Shown: positions 31,953 through 42,927 of the stretch, in pieces
Layout: every line of letters begins with the position of its first letter
Position numbering within the stretch: the stretch's first letter is position 1
Origin: an uncultured Planctomycetaceae bacterium
GTDB taxonomy: Bacteria > Planctomycetota > Planctomycetia > Pirellulales > PALSA-1355
Assembly (NCBI GenBank): GCA_963785305.1
Contig: CAWAUV010000005.1
Location: 128,001-192,000, forward strand
Direction: 5' to 3'
DNA length: 64,000 nucleotides
Notes under the pieces: generated by a model
Databases searched by the model: none
What the model was told of the DNA's origin: nothing
What the model saw: the letters and a program-made list of their open reading frames with translations, nothing else
Position numbers and translations under genes: made by a program

Positions 31953-32925
31953 CTATTTTGACCCGGTCATCATCGGGAACATTTCGCGCACGATCGTGAT
32001 CGCGGCCGGTCCGACAAGCACGACGAACAAGGCGGGAAAAATGAAGAGCACGAGCGGAAAGATCAGCTTCACCGCGGTTTTCGCGGCCTTTTCCTCGGCC
32101 AACTGACGTCGCTTGGTGCGCATCGATTCGCTCTGCACTCGCAGCGCCTGGGCCACGCTCGAGCCGAACTTATCGGCTTGGATCAGAATCGCGGCCAAGG
32201 CGCGCAGGTCGTCGACGCCGGTTCGCTGCCCGAGTTCGTGGAGCACCTCGACTTTGGCCCGGCCCATTTGCAATTGGAAATTGCAAAGCGCGAATTCGCC
32301 GGCCACGACCGGCGTGGTTCTCTTCATTTCCTCGGCCACTTTTCGCATCGCTTGATCGAGCCCCAGGCCGGCCTCGACGCACACCACCATCAGGTCGAGC
32401 GTGTCGGGTAGCCCCAGGAAAATCGCCTCGCGACGCTTGCTGCCCAAGAACCACACCACGCCATCGGGCAGATAGAACAAGATTCCGGCGATCGCCACGA
32501 TATGCATCAGGGCGTCTTGCGTGAAACCCGTGCGGAGCAGCTCCGTTCCGCCGGCCAAGACCAAGCCCAGGAGCAGCAGCGAGAACTTGAGACCGAGAAA
32601 GATGCTTGGGGCCGTCTCGCCGCGAAAGCCGGCTTGCTTCAGTCGGCTGGCGAGCAGGCTGGCTTCCTTGGCGGTCTTGGGTTTGAGCGGAGCGGCCAGT
32701 TTGGGCGAAGCCTTGGCCAGCATCGAAGTCATGGTCTGCGACTTCTTGATCGGCGAGCCGTCGGCGTTTTTCTTGCGCGACTGCGGATTCGCGATCTCAT
32801 CGAGCCGATCTTCCGCGTTGCCCTTGCGCGGCGCCAGCAGGTCGAACGCCAACCAAACGGCACGGCGCAAGGCCGAACACGCCCGCGATGATGAAAACCT
32901 GCACGGAAGCGAATTGCGCGAACAT
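31953..32925 (-). CDS. tadC: Type II secretion F-family / Tad pilus protein TadC (5' frameshift)
   Basis: LPDTLDLMVVCVEAGLGLDQA, AEEKAAKTAVKLIFPLVLFIFP. Confidence 0.9.
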
Positions 32926-32933
32926 GATACCGC

Positions 32934-33905
32934 TCACACCTTGATATTGACGATCTTACGAATCACCAGCGCGCCGAGTAGCTGCAGCCCCAACCCGCCG
33001 GCGAGCATCTTCTTGCCCATCGGGTCGGTAAACAACGGCATCAGATAATCGGGGTTCAAATACCACACGGCGCCGAACAGCGCCGGCGGCAGCCCAAGCA
33101 ACACCACGCCCGAAAGACGTCCCTCGCCGGTGAGCGCCTGGACTTGTCCCCAGATTTTGAATCGCTCGCGGACGATGTAGCCGATTTTGTCGAGAATTTC
33201 GGCGAGATCGCCGCCGGTCTGACGCTGAAGCACCACGGCGGTGGCGAAGAACTTGAGATCGAGATTCGGGATGCGATTCGTAATATGATCGAGCGCTTCG
33301 TTGAGCGGGATACCCAGGTTCTGCTCCTCGAACACCCGACTGAATTCTTTCGAGATCGGCGCCTGCATTTCGTCGGCCACGAGACTGAAACCGGAGCCGA
33401 GGCTATGGCCGGCTCGCAGCGCCCGGCTCATGAGCTCCAGGGCATCGGGAAGTTGCTTGCCAAACGCCTTGAATCGCCGGTTGCGCTTCATGACCAGCCA
33501 AACCAGCGGCGCGAGCCCCAGGGCGATCGCCACCGCGGGCGCGAAGGCCAGGTGTAGCCCCAGGGTCGAGGGCACGACGATCCCCGACGCGGCCAGCACG
33601 CCGCAAATCATCAATATCTTCGCCGCCGAAATCGAGACATCGGCCTGCTCGATCAATAGCGGCAGATTGAGAAACCTGGCGACGAGCATCTCGACGGCGC
33701 TCGTGCCGGCGTTGAGCGGCTGCGACAGCAAGCTCTTGGTGACGGCGGCTTCGGTCGGCTTGCGGCCCATGCCGCCGGCGCCGGTGATCAGGCTCAGTCG
33801 ATCTTCGAGCGAAGTGTTGGCGCTGCCCTGAAACAGGGACGCGCCGGCGCCCACCAAGGCGGCGACGCACAGGAACACGGCGATCGGTATCAAGAGTGTC
33901 GTCAT
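32934..33905 (-). CDS. tadB: Tad pilus protein TadB
   Basis: QLPDALELMSRALRAGH, QRQTGGDLAEIL, ALTGEGRLSG. Confidence 0.92.
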   Translation of the reverse strand: MTTLLIPIAVFLCVAALVGAGASLFQGSANTSLEDRLSLITGAGGMGRKPTEAAVTKSLLSQPLNAGTSAVEMLVARFLNLPLLIEQADVSISAAKILMICGVLAASGIVVPSTLGLHLAFAPAVAIALGLAPLVWLVMKRNRRFKAFGKQLPDALELMSRALRAGHSLGSGFSLVADEMQAPISKEFSRVFEEQNLGIPLNEALDHITNRIPNLDLKFFATAVVLQRQTGGDLAEILDKIGYIVRERFKIWGQVQALTGEGRLSGVVLLGLPPALFGAVWYLNPDYLMPLFTDPMGKKMLAGGLGLQLLGALVIRKIVNIKV

Positions 33906-33970
33906 GGCTTTTCTCTCCCGCTCAACGGCCTCGCGGCGACCGGGTGTCGCTCGCGCCGCCCTCGGTCTCG

Positions 33971-35290
33971 TCAATCTTCCATCATCACCCGTTGCCGGAA
34001 CGCGCTGCTCGGCAGCCGCACGCCCGCCGACTCAAGGCGATCCATGAACGTGGGACGAATGCCGGTCGCCACGAATCGCCCGTGCGCGCGTCCCGATTCA
34101 TCGATGCCCGTCTGCTCGAAATGATAGATGTCTTGCATCACGATCGTGTCTTGCTCCATGCCCACGATCTCGGTGATGTGCGTGATCTTGCGCGGACCAC
34201 CCTGCAAACGGTTGGCCTGGATGATCAGGTCCACGGCGCTGGCCACCTGCTGACGCATCGCCTTGAGCGGCAGTTCGAAGCCGGCCATGCTAATCATGGT
34301 TTCGATGCGCGCGATCGCGTCGCGCGGCGTGTTGGCGTGGAGCGTCGTGAGCGAGCCTTCGTGGCCCGTGTTCATGGCCTGCAACATGTCGAGTGTTTCC
34401 GGACCGCGACACTCGCCGATGATCACGCGTTCGGGCCGCATGCGGAGGGCATTGCGCACGAGGTCCGTGGCCGTCACGGCGCCTTTGCCCTCGATATTGG
34501 CGGGACGCGTTTCGAGCCGCACGACATGCTCCTGCTGGAGCTGCAATTCGGCGGCGTCTTCGATCGTGACGATGCGGTCTTGGTTCGAGATAAAGCTCGA
34601 GAGCGTGTTGAGCAGCGTGGTCTTGCCGGAGCCGGTGCCGCCGGAAATGATGATATTCAATCGGGCCTTGATCGCCCCTTCGAGCAGCATCACCATTTCG
34701 GGCGTGAACGCCTTGTAGTTCAACAGATCCTCGAGCTTGAGCGGATTCGAGCCGAAGCGGCGAATCGATACCGCGGCGCCATCGAGCGCCAAGGGCGGAA
34801 TAATCGCGTTGACGCGCGAGCCATCTTGCAACCGCGCGTCGACCATCGGACACACTTCATCCACGCGCCGGCCCACTTTCGACACGATTCGGTCGATGAT
34901 CTGCATCAAGTGGTTGTTGTCGCGGAAGGAGACATTGGTGCGCTCCATCTTGCCGCGGCGCTCGACGTAAATATGTTTCGGCCCGTTGATCAGAATATCG
35001 CTGATCGTCGAGTCCTTGAGCAGCATTTCGAGCGGGCCAAGGCCGAAGGTTTCGTCGAGCACTTCGTCGACCAGACGCTCGCGTTCGTTGCGATTGAGCA
35101 GCGTGTCCTCGGTGTCGCATAGGTGCTCGACCACGAGTCGAATCTCGCGGCGCAGCACATCGCCGGCGAGCTCGCCCACGCGAGACATGTCGAGCTTATC
35201 CACGAGCTTGCTATGTATCTTGCGCTTGAGGTTTTCGAATTCCAGCGCTTTTTGATCGTCGGCGGTCCGAAGGGGAGCGATTGTTTTCAT
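33971..35290 (-). CDS. cpaF: Tad pilus assembly ATPase CpaF/TadA
   Basis: [48 protein letters not shown]. Confidence 0.95.
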   Translation of the reverse strand: MKTIAPLRTADDQKALEFENLKRKIHSKLVDKLDMSRVGELAGDVLRREIRLVVEHLCDTEDTLLNRNERERLVDEVLDETFGLGPLEMLLKDSTISDILINGPKHIYVERRGKMERTNVSFRDNNHLMQIIDRIVSKVGRRVDEVCPMVDARLQDGSRVNAIIPPLALDGAAVSIRRFGSNPLKLEDLLNYKAFTPEMVMLLEGAIKARLNIIISGGTGSGKTTLLNTLSSFISNQDRIVTIEDAAELQLQQEHVVRLETRPANIEGKGAVTATDLVRNALRMRPERVIIGECRGPETLDMLQAMNTGHEGSLTTLHANTPRDAIARIETMISMAGFELPLKAMRQQVASAVDLIIQANRLQGGPRKITHITEIVGMEQDTIVMQDIYHFEQTGIDESGRAHGRFVATGIRPTFMDRLESAGVRLPSSAFRQRVMMED

Positions 35291-35814
35291 GGTTGCAAAC
35301 AGTTCCTTTGCAGCGCGGGCAGGCGGTTGGGGCAGGCGGGGAGTGAAGCACGCGGAGGCTGTCGCCAATGCGCCTGCCCGGCGAGGCCGAGGGACCGGAC
35401 ACTCGACTGGAAGGCGCGCGGAAGCCTTGCAAAAGCTTAGCTTGAAGAAAGCAGCGGCGCGTGCCGATGGCGCCGGGCAAGGAAATTCGCGCAAAGCATC
35501 GCGAACCAGGGCGGCCATCGCGCTGCGGGGGGGGGGCCGCCGTTGCAATCGCGGAAGGGCGCCGCGAAATCGCGCATTTTGAGATACTAGAAGATGCCGC
35601 CGAAGCCGGTCATGGCGAATAAGCGTTCCGAATTACTTCGCGCCCCGCGTGATCGCGATTCCGCGAAGGGGCATTCCATGCTTGGCCCGCGCGACAGGTG
35701 GGAATGTAGCGAATTTCGGGGTTATGCTCTACGCGCCACGTCGTGCGCAATATTCCCAACCGCCGGGGGCTCCGTCGGAATCGCCGAAGCAGCGACCGAG
35801 GAGTGAATGACCGC

Positions 35815-36054
35815 TCAGTGAGTCGTCGCGAAGTTCAGCGAATCACTTGTCGATTTCAGCCACAGGGCGCCTTGGTGCGCCGGTTGAGCCGAGAGCTTTT
35901 CCCCGCTCGGGGCCAACTCGCCGCGAAGAACACGGCAAGATCGCGGGGCCGAGATGCCCAACTTGATTCGTTGGCCTTGAACTTCGAGCACCGTTAGCAC
36001 GATGTCGTCACCGATGCAGATTTGCTCGCCCACTTTTCTGCTGAGAACCAACAT
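35815..36054 (-). CDS. csrA: Carbon storage regulator CsrA-like protein
   Basis: MLVLSRKVGEQICIGDDI...RIKLGISAP....LRGEL. Confidence 0.88.
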   Translation of the reverse strand: MLVLSRKVGEQICIGDDIVLTVLEVQGQRIKLGISAPRSCRVLRGELAPSGEKLSAQPAHQGALWLKSTSDSLNFATTH

Positions 36055-36705
36055 GCTTCCATCCTCCATGAAAGATTGAGCTTCCCGCGAGTCCCGACTC
36101 CTAAATGTCGAGACAAATTTACCGTCAGCGCTCCGGGACTCGCCGTCATTCTCCCGGGCTCGGCGGCCGCGTCGAGATTGAGGGTTAGGAAGGAAGCAAT
36201 ATCCGTGCCGGAGTATCGTCTAGGATGGGGAATTGCTCTAAGGCCCAATGTCCACAAAGTTTAGTCGTGCTATCATCGTTAGCGAGCACATGGACACCAA
36301 TATGCCAAATTGGCCGTTCATGGATCAGCGGTTTGTATCGATTTCGACCAGCGTTTGCAAACGCCCGCATTTTGCAAACTCAATCGACACATAACTTTGA
36401 GGCAACGGCCCGCCATGGGGCAGCCAACGGGCGCCCAACCCGACCAGACGATTGAATGGCAGGCAAACTTGGGGCCATGGGCGGTCATTTGTTCCCCGTG
36501 ACGCCATGCTGTCCGCCGCATAGAATGGCGATCGAAACAATCCTGTCGGCCAGCGCGAGGCAAACTTTGTGCGAGGAGCCGAACTGTGTGCGGAATTCAC
36601 GTTTGACGAGTGGGCCCAGCGCGCTTTCAAGAACCGTTGCCCTATAGATTACCTGCGTGTTTGCAAAACGCGAGCTTCTGGGCCTCAGGAGGTTATTAGC
36701 GTCTC

Positions 36706-37121
36706 ATGGTGCGAATCAATGTCGAATACGAGGGGGCGCTCCGCCTGCGCCGCCATTCACGAACCCTCGGGCTCGCTTGGCGACCGACGCGCCGGTGGAC
36801 AACCACGGTCGCGGCGAATCGTTTTCGCCGACCGATCTGGTCGCCACCGCTCTTGCCACCTGCATGGCCACGATCATGGGCATCCATGCCGAGCGCCACG
36901 CGATCGATTTGCGCGGCATGCGGCTTAGCGTGGAAAAGGAAATGACTTCGAGCGGAACGCGGCGCATTCAGCGACTGACGGTCGAAATCTTCGTGCCGCT
37001 CGCGGCTGACCATCCGCATCGCGAGGCCCTGGAGCGGGCTGCCTTGGCGTGCCCAGTGCATCACAGCCTGCATCCCGACGTGGCCAAACCGGTTGTATTT
37101 CATTGGCGGGAAAATTCCTGA
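36706..37121 (+). CDS. OsmC-family protein (frameshift near 36745-36775)
   Basis: TDAPVDNHGRGESFSPTDL..ALATC, CPVHHSL. Confidence 0.9.
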
Positions 37122-37123
37122 CC

Positions 37124-38245
37124 GTGGGGCCAAGACGAAAACCGAATCCGCCGCCGCGGGCACGAGCCACGCCGAGTCAGCCGGCGCCGGCGCCTCCATC
37201 CGCGCTCGCGGCGAAGGCATCCGCGAGCGATGCGAAGCCGAAGCCGCCGGTCCGGTCGGCATGGTGGAATTGGCTGCGTTCGCGGTTCGCGTTGCGAGCC
37301 ACGGCCTGGTCGGCATTGCACTTGGCGAGCTTGGGCGTGGCGCTGTTTGCCGCGGCCGGTTGCCTGGGCCGACTTGGCTGGCCGATCGAGCTCTGCAGTC
37401 ATTTTCGCGTGCAATATGGTTCGCTGTTGGCGCTAGCGACCTTGTGTTACCTTGCCGGCCGGCGCTGGCCCGCGGCCCTGGCGACGGGGCTCATCGCGGC
37501 GGCCAATCTGTATTTGGTCGTGCCGCGCGGCGTGGCGCCGCGACCGGTCGAGGGGCGGCATGTGTTGCGGTTGCTCGAGAGCAATCTCCATGTCAGAAAC
37601 CACGACTATCCGCGCACGCTCGATTTCATTCGCTCCGCCAAGCCGGATATCGTGGTGCTGATCGAAGTCGACTTCGGATGGGCCGAGGCGATGCGGGCGC
37701 TTGAATCCGAGTTTCCCCACCGGCGCGCGATTCCGGCGCATCGCTCCCAAGGCATCGCGCTCTATAGCCGGCTACCGCTCGAAAGCGTCGAAGAGGTGCT
37801 GCTCGGACGGCAAGACAAGCTCACGCTGGCGATCAAGATTCGGGTGCTCCTCGACGGCCGCCGCCTGACGCTCATCGGCACGCATCCGTATTCGCCCACC
37901 AGCAGGGTGAACTTTACTGCCCGCAACCAGCAGTTCGTCGATTTGGCCAAATTGGCCACGGGCGAATCCAACCCGGTGATCGTGCTGGGCGATTTGAACG
38001 TGAGTCCGTGGTCGCCTTATTTTCATGATCTCGCGGCGTCGTCGCGGCTGGTGGATAGCCGGCTAGCGTTTGGCATTCAGGCCACTTGGCCGACGGCGAT
38101 CTGGCCGCTGCGCATTCCGATCGATCATTGTCTCGTCTCGCCCGAGATCGCGGTCAACCAGCGAATGGTCGGCCCGAGCACCGGTTCCGACCATCTGCCG
38201 ATCGTGGTCGATGTGTCGTGGGCCGAGCCTCCACCGCCGCGCTGA
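37124..38245 (+). CDS. Membrane-anchored endonuclease/exonuclease/phosphatase family protein
   Basis: TM helices; GDLN.SPWS, PIDH, GSDHLP. Confidence 0.88.
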   Translation: MGPRRKPNPPPRARATPSQPAPAPPSALAAKASASDAKPKPPVRSAWWNWLRSRFALRATAWSALHLASLGVALFAAAGCLGRLGWPIELCSHFRVQYGSLLALATLCYLAGRRWPAALATGLIAAANLYLVVPRGVAPRPVEGRHVLRLLESNLHVRNHDYPRTLDFIRSAKPDIVVLIEVDFGWAEAMRALESEFPHRRAIPAHRSQGIALYSRLPLESVEEVLLGRQDKLTLAIKIRVLLDGRRLTLIGTHPYSPTSRVNFTARNQQFVDLAKLATGESNPVIVLGDLNVSPWSPYFHDLAASSRLVDSRLAFGIQATWPTAIWPLRIPIDHCLVSPEIAVNQRMVGPSTGSDHLPIVVDVSWAEPPPPR

Positions 38246-38481
38246 GTTTTCGGCCGGCGCGTGCGGCCATGCTTCAGGTTCTCTCACCCGCTCTCGCCAG
38301 CTCGCGCGCGTCGGGCCTTGGGGTTCCGATTGTGACGAAGAAAGCGGCCTCGGTCGCGCGCCTCGCTGGATGAATTCTCTACCCTCCCGGAATACAATGG
38401 AAGGAAACACCGGCACGGCAAATAGGCCAACGACCCAGGGCTTTTTCGAGGGAAGCCCGAGCTCCGAGGAGGCTGATTCTC

Positions 38482-39474
38482 ATGCGTTCTTCAGAATGGC
38501 GAGTTGTCGCGGCGTCGCTGATTGGAATCGCGCTCTGCTGGGCGATTTGCCCGCTGCCGCCGGCGCTGGCCCAGTTCAAGGCCGCGACCGAGCAAAAGTC
38601 CGACGACAAGGGGCCGCGGCTCGACCGCGCCGTGACCCAGCGGCTCAAAGTGGGCATCGTCATCAAGGCCACGGCCGGCCCCTGCCAAGATATCTACGCC
38701 ACGTCGCCCATTCCGTCGGACTGGCCCGAGCAGCAAGTGAACGTGGTGCAGGAGGAAATCTCGCCCTTGGTGGTGGATCACGACGATCGTGACACTCACG
38801 GCGGCACGAAGCAGATGGTGATCGATGTGCCGAGCGTTCCGGCCGGTCAATCGGCGCCTTGTCTCGTCACGTACGAAATCACGCGCCGCACATCGCTGCC
38901 GCCCACCGCGACCGAGGGCTACACGATCCCGAGGAAACTCGACCGGGCCACGATGCTCTATCTCGGCCCGAGTCCATATATCGAAACTCGCCATGCCAAG
39001 ATCACGGCGCTCGCCAAGGAGCTCACCGCCCATAAGGAGCACGACTGGCAAAAAGTCGAGGCGATCTTCGATTATGTGCGCGAGCATGTGAAGTTCGTGC
39101 ATGGCGAACTGAAAGGCTCGGTGCGCGCGCTTGCCGACAAGTCGGGCGACAGCGAGGACCTGGCGTCGCTGTTTATCGCGATCTGCCGGGCCGCCAAGAT
39201 TCCCGCCCGCACCGTGTGGGTGCTCGGCCACTGCTATCCCGAGTTCTATCTGGCCGACGACGCGGGCGTGGGCCACTGGTTTCCTTGCCAGGTGGCGGGC
39301 GAGCGCGAATTCGGCGGCATCAGCGAAACCCGCGCGATCTTGCAGAAGGGCGACAACTTCAAGGACCCCGACCGCCCGCGCGATAAGTTTCGCTATGTGT
39401 CGGAATATCTCAAAGTCGGCGGCGCCACGGCCAAGCCCGAGGTGAGTTTCGTGCGGCAAGTCGTGGGCATGTAG
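38482..39474 (+). CDS. Secreted transglutaminase-like protein
   Basis: GD(S)ED...FIAICRAAKIPAR, HCYPEFY; Ser in place of the usual catalytic Cys. Confidence 0.8.
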   Translation: MRSSEWRVVAASLIGIALCWAICPLPPALAQFKAATEQKSDDKGPRLDRAVTQRLKVGIVIKATAGPCQDIYATSPIPSDWPEQQVNVVQEEISPLVVDHDDRDTHGGTKQMVIDVPSVPAGQSAPCLVTYEITRRTSLPPTATEGYTIPRKLDRATMLYLGPSPYIETRHAKITALAKELTAHKEHDWQKVEAIFDYVREHVKFVHGELKGSVRALADKSGDSEDLASLFIAICRAAKIPARTVWVLGHCYPEFYLADDAGVGHWFPCQVAGEREFGGISETRAILQKGDNFKDPDRPRDKFRYVSEYLKVGGATAKPEVSFVRQVVGM

Positions 39475-39525
39475 TCTCGAGCCTTTTCGCCGGCCGCGGA
39501 AGTTTCCCCGAGATAATCGCGGCGA

Positions 39526-40425
39526 TCACTTCTCCGGCCCGCTCGCGGCAATGCGCCCGGTCTCGGGGCTGCTCGCCGTGGCATAAAGCTTCTTGGGAAT
39601 GCGGCCAGCCAGATACGAAAGCCGCCCGGCCTCGATGCCCGCTTTCATCGCCCGGGCCATGATCAGTGGATCGCGGGCATGCGCGATCGCGGTGTTGAGC
39701 AACACGCCATCGACGCCCAGTTCCATGGCCATCGCCACATCGCTCGCCGCGCCGACGCCCGCGTCGACAATCACCGGGTAATCGGGATCGCCGTCCTTGA
39801 GGTATTCGAGGCAAATACGAATGTTGTTGGGGTTCAAGACCCCTTGGCCCGAGCCGATCGGGCTGCCGGCCGGCATCACGCTCGTGGCCCCGGCCGCTTT
39901 GAGCCGGCGGGCGAGCATCGGGTCGTCGGTCGTGTAGCAGAGTACTTGAAAGCCATCGGCGACGAGCTTTTCGGTGGCCGCGAGCGTGCCAATCGGATCG
40001 GGCAGCAGGGTTTTCGTATCGCCCAGCACTTCGAGCTTCACCCAATCGGCGCCGGGGTTTTCCAGCCCCAGCAAGATTTCCCTTCCGAGTCGGGCCACGC
40101 GCACCGCGTCGTCGGCCGTGAAACAGCCGGCCGTGTTGGGTAGCAGCGTGTAGCGGCGAGTGTCGATGTGGTCGAGCAGATTGGCGCCGCGCGCGTCGAT
40201 CAGCCGTTCGCGTCGCACGGCCACGGTAATGCAGTCGGCGCCCGAGAGCTCGAGCGAGCGCGCCATGATCTCGTAGTCGGCGTATTTGCCGGTGCCGACG
40301 ATCAAGCGGCTGGTGAGCGTGTGCGTGCCGACTTGTAGCGAGTCGCTCGAGCGTGGAGCGACGCTCCCGGTGGGTGAAACGGCCGAGGGCGAAGCGGCGG
40401 AAGGCGAAGCGGCGGACGGATTCAT
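39526..40425 (-). CDS. thiG: Thiazole synthase
   Basis: [41 protein letters not shown]. Confidence 0.97.
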   Translation of the reverse strand: MNPSAASPSAASPSAVSPTGSVAPRSSDSLQVGTHTLTSRLIVGTGKYADYEIMARSLELSGADCITVAVRRERLIDARGANLLDHIDTRRYTLLPNTAGCFTADDAVRVARLGREILLGLENPGADWVKLEVLGDTKTLLPDPIGTLAATEKLVADGFQVLCYTTDDPMLARRLKAAGATSVMPAGSPIGSGQGVLNPNNIRICLEYLKDGDPDYPVIVDAGVGAASDVAMAMELGVDGVLLNTAIAHARDPLIMARAMKAGIEAGRLSYLAGRIPKKLYATASSPETGRIAASGPEK

Positions 40426-40630
40426 AAGTCGAGTCGCGGCGAGGTTGGTTCGGGGGGGATACAAGCTTTCAGCCGGCCGGCTGGGGCGCCAAGATTGCTC
40501 CGCCATTGTAGGAGTTTCCGCCCGCGGCGCCGAGGAGTGAGCCGGGCAAGAAAAGCGCGAGCCGTTGGCGAGACGCGTCGCCGCCCGATCGACAGGCCCT
40601 CGACGGCCTGTTGAAATATTCAGCAGGCCA

Positions 40631-40831
40631 TTAGCCGCCACCGACAAGCGTGACCACTTCCAGCCGATCGCCGGGCGCGAGTCGCCGGGCTTCATGCGCG
40701 GAGCGCGGCACGAGTTGCTCATTGACCTCGACCGCCACATGCCGCACGGTGATGCCGAGCTCGAGGAGCAAGCCGCCAATCGTCAGATCGGCGGACACTT
40801 CGCGGCCTTCGCCGTTGACAAAAATCCGCAT
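40631..40831 (-). CDS. thiS: Sulfur carrier protein ThiS
   Basis: MRIFVNGE...AVEVN...[13 protein letters not shown]. Confidence 0.95.
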   Translation of the reverse strand: MRIFVNGEGREVSADLTIGGLLLELGITVRHVAVEVNEQLVPRSAHEARRLAPGDRLEVVTLVGGG

Positions 40832-40867
40832 GGGCGCCAACCAACACAAAAGGTCCACGGGTAGCAA

Positions 40868-41379
40868 TCAATCCACGGGGGCCCGAACCGCGGCCGTGCG
40901 AAACTTGATGATATCCATCGGCAAGAAGGTTCCCTTGATGGTCGTGTTGAGCTGCTGCCGGCCGGGAGTCCAGGGCAGACCATAGCAGGCCAATTGTCCC
41001 GAAGTCATTTCGGCCACATAGATCACGCTCACGCCGATCGGGACATTCAACTGTCGCCGCACATCGGCCATGCCCGTGACCATCAGGTACTTGGGATTCT
41101 TGATCGAGCCGAAATCCTTGCTCACGTTGTAGGAGTAGAACGTGAGAAAGGTGCGGGTGTTGATGCTCAGCACGCAGGCTTTAAGGTCGCCGGTGATGAA
41201 GTCGAGCATGTAGACCGCTTCCATCTGGTCTTCGACCAGACCGGTGGCGATCGCGAAATTGTCTTGGCCATGCGTGGCCGAGGCATGCACCGGAATCTGC
41301 GGCCAGTAGCCGGCCACGTTGAGCCCGACAACCAACCCCACGGCAAAACCGATCGATAGCCAGCTTGCGCAGATTTCAT
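40868..41379 (-). CDS. Conserved hypothetical exported protein (5' frameshift)
   Basis: P.HASATHG..FAIATG...E.VY.LDFITGDL...YLMVTG. Confidence 0.7.
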
Positions 41380-41500
41380 GGGAGAATTCCTGAGAAAGGC
41401 CCGAGCAGGGCCGCAAGCAAACGTAACGTCCGCGCTTGGGCTTGCCCAACGCCATTTTATCGCGAGCCGCCCTCCGATGCCAGAGAGACTTGCCGGACCG

Positions 41501-42751
41501 CAGGGCCAATCATTGTTCTAGTCTAGCGGAAGTCTCCCGCGTAGGATGAGTGTGTACGTGCGTCCACTCACCTTTATTCTGCTGGAGATGCTTGCATGGC
41601 GACTGCCGAAGCAACGAGTCTGCTCGATTTCTTGTCGCGGATTCCCGATCCTCGTGGGCGGCGGGGGCGACGCTTTTCGCTCTCGGCCATGATGGCCACC
41701 GTGGTTTGCGGAATCCTTTGCGGTCACCGAGGTTACAAGGCGATCGCCGATTGGATCGCGTCGCAGGACCGAAAAATCTGGTGGTTGCTGGGCTATTGGC
41801 GCAAGCCTCCTTGCGCCAATGCCTTCCGTGATCTGATCCTGGCCCTCGACCCCGTGATTTTAGAGCAGTGCGTGCGAGAATGGGTCGAGTCGCAACTGGG
41901 CGAGGTTGTGGATGAGGCAAAGTTGTCCGCCGTCGCGATGGATGGCAAGTCCCTGTGCGGAGTGCTGAACGCGCACGGACGGACGGCCCATCTGCTGTCC
42001 TTGTACGACCAAGAAACCGGCTATGTCTTGAGTCAGATGGAAGTCGATGGCAAGACCAACGAGATCACCGCCGCGCCGGAACTCTTGGAAACGATCGTCT
42101 TGAAAGGCCGCGTCATCACGGGCGACGCCCTGCTGTGTCAGCGCGAGATCTGCCAGAAAATCATCGACGGCGGCGGGCATTATCTCCTGGTGGTCAAAGA
42201 CAATCAGCCGACTCTAATGCAGGCCATCGCCGCCGAGTTCGAGCCGGCCTTTTCCCCCCTATAACGAGAAGCAACGCCAATCCCATCTCGATGTCGCCGA
42301 AACGTTGAACAAGGGACACGGCCGACGAGAACATCGCTCTCTGCAAGCTTCGACCCGGTTGGCGAAGCACTTGGATTGGCCCGGCCTGGAGCAGGTCTGC
42401 CGACTCGACCGCACGACCTGGCGCAAGGGCATTCAGACCCACGAAGTGGCGTATGCCATTTCCAGCGCACCACGACCCAAAGGCTCGGCCGCCGACCTGC
42501 TGGGCTGGTGGCGCGGGCACTGGGGCATCGAAAACAAGTCCCACTGGGTTCGCGACGTGGTTCTGGGCGAGGACGCCTGCCGAATCCGCAAGGGCAGCGC
42601 GCCCCAGGCGTTCAGCACGCTCCGCAATGCGGGCCTTACCCTCCTACGATCGCTAGGCTGCACCCAAATCGCCCAAACTCTGCGAGAAAACGCCGCCCGA
42701 GTCGACCGCCTCCTCACCAGACTCGGCATCTTGAAAGAATGAGCGACCCTG
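41501..42751 (+). mobile_element. ISAs1-family insertion sequence
   Basis: Imperfect TIRs CAGGGCCAATCATTGTT / CAGGGTCGCTCATTCTT (reverse complement) bracketing the transposase; no clear TSD. Confidence 0.85.
41596..42742 (+). CDS. ISAs1 transposase, split by a +1 shift at about 42255
   Basis: IPDPR.RRGRR, MDGKSL, KTNEI, TGDALLCQ, VKDNQ, KGHGR.E.R, HWGIENKSHWVRDV..GED. Confidence 0.93.
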
Positions 42752-42927
42752 CCCGCCATCCAAGAACGCGCCCGCGGCGGGGTTTCGGGGCGGCGCCATC
42801 GCGCCAACCGCTAGAACCGTTTGGCGCCTCGCGCGGCCGAGCCCGGAGGCCGAAGCCGGCGGCAACCTATATTTTTCATGCGGAAGGTTCGGGTTGGCCA
42901 CGGCAAGTGAAAGTCGGGGGGGTGGTT

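Noticed and set aside
36070..36700. c-di-GMP riboswitch or sigma54 promoter in the long csrA-osmC intergenic region
   Set aside because: Only partial GGCAAAC and TGGCA matches, without the rest of the consensus.
40832..41500. TPP riboswitch upstream of thiS-thiG
   Set aside because: No CUGAGA/ACCUG core seen on the minus strand; the region is mostly coding.
41480..42770. Target-site duplication for the ISAs1 element
   Set aside because: The flanks TGCCGGACCG and CCCGCCATCC do not match.
42376..42927. N-terminal extension of the O-antigen ligase into the IS
   Set aside because: Open frame by chance; the family-like sequence begins at about 42928.
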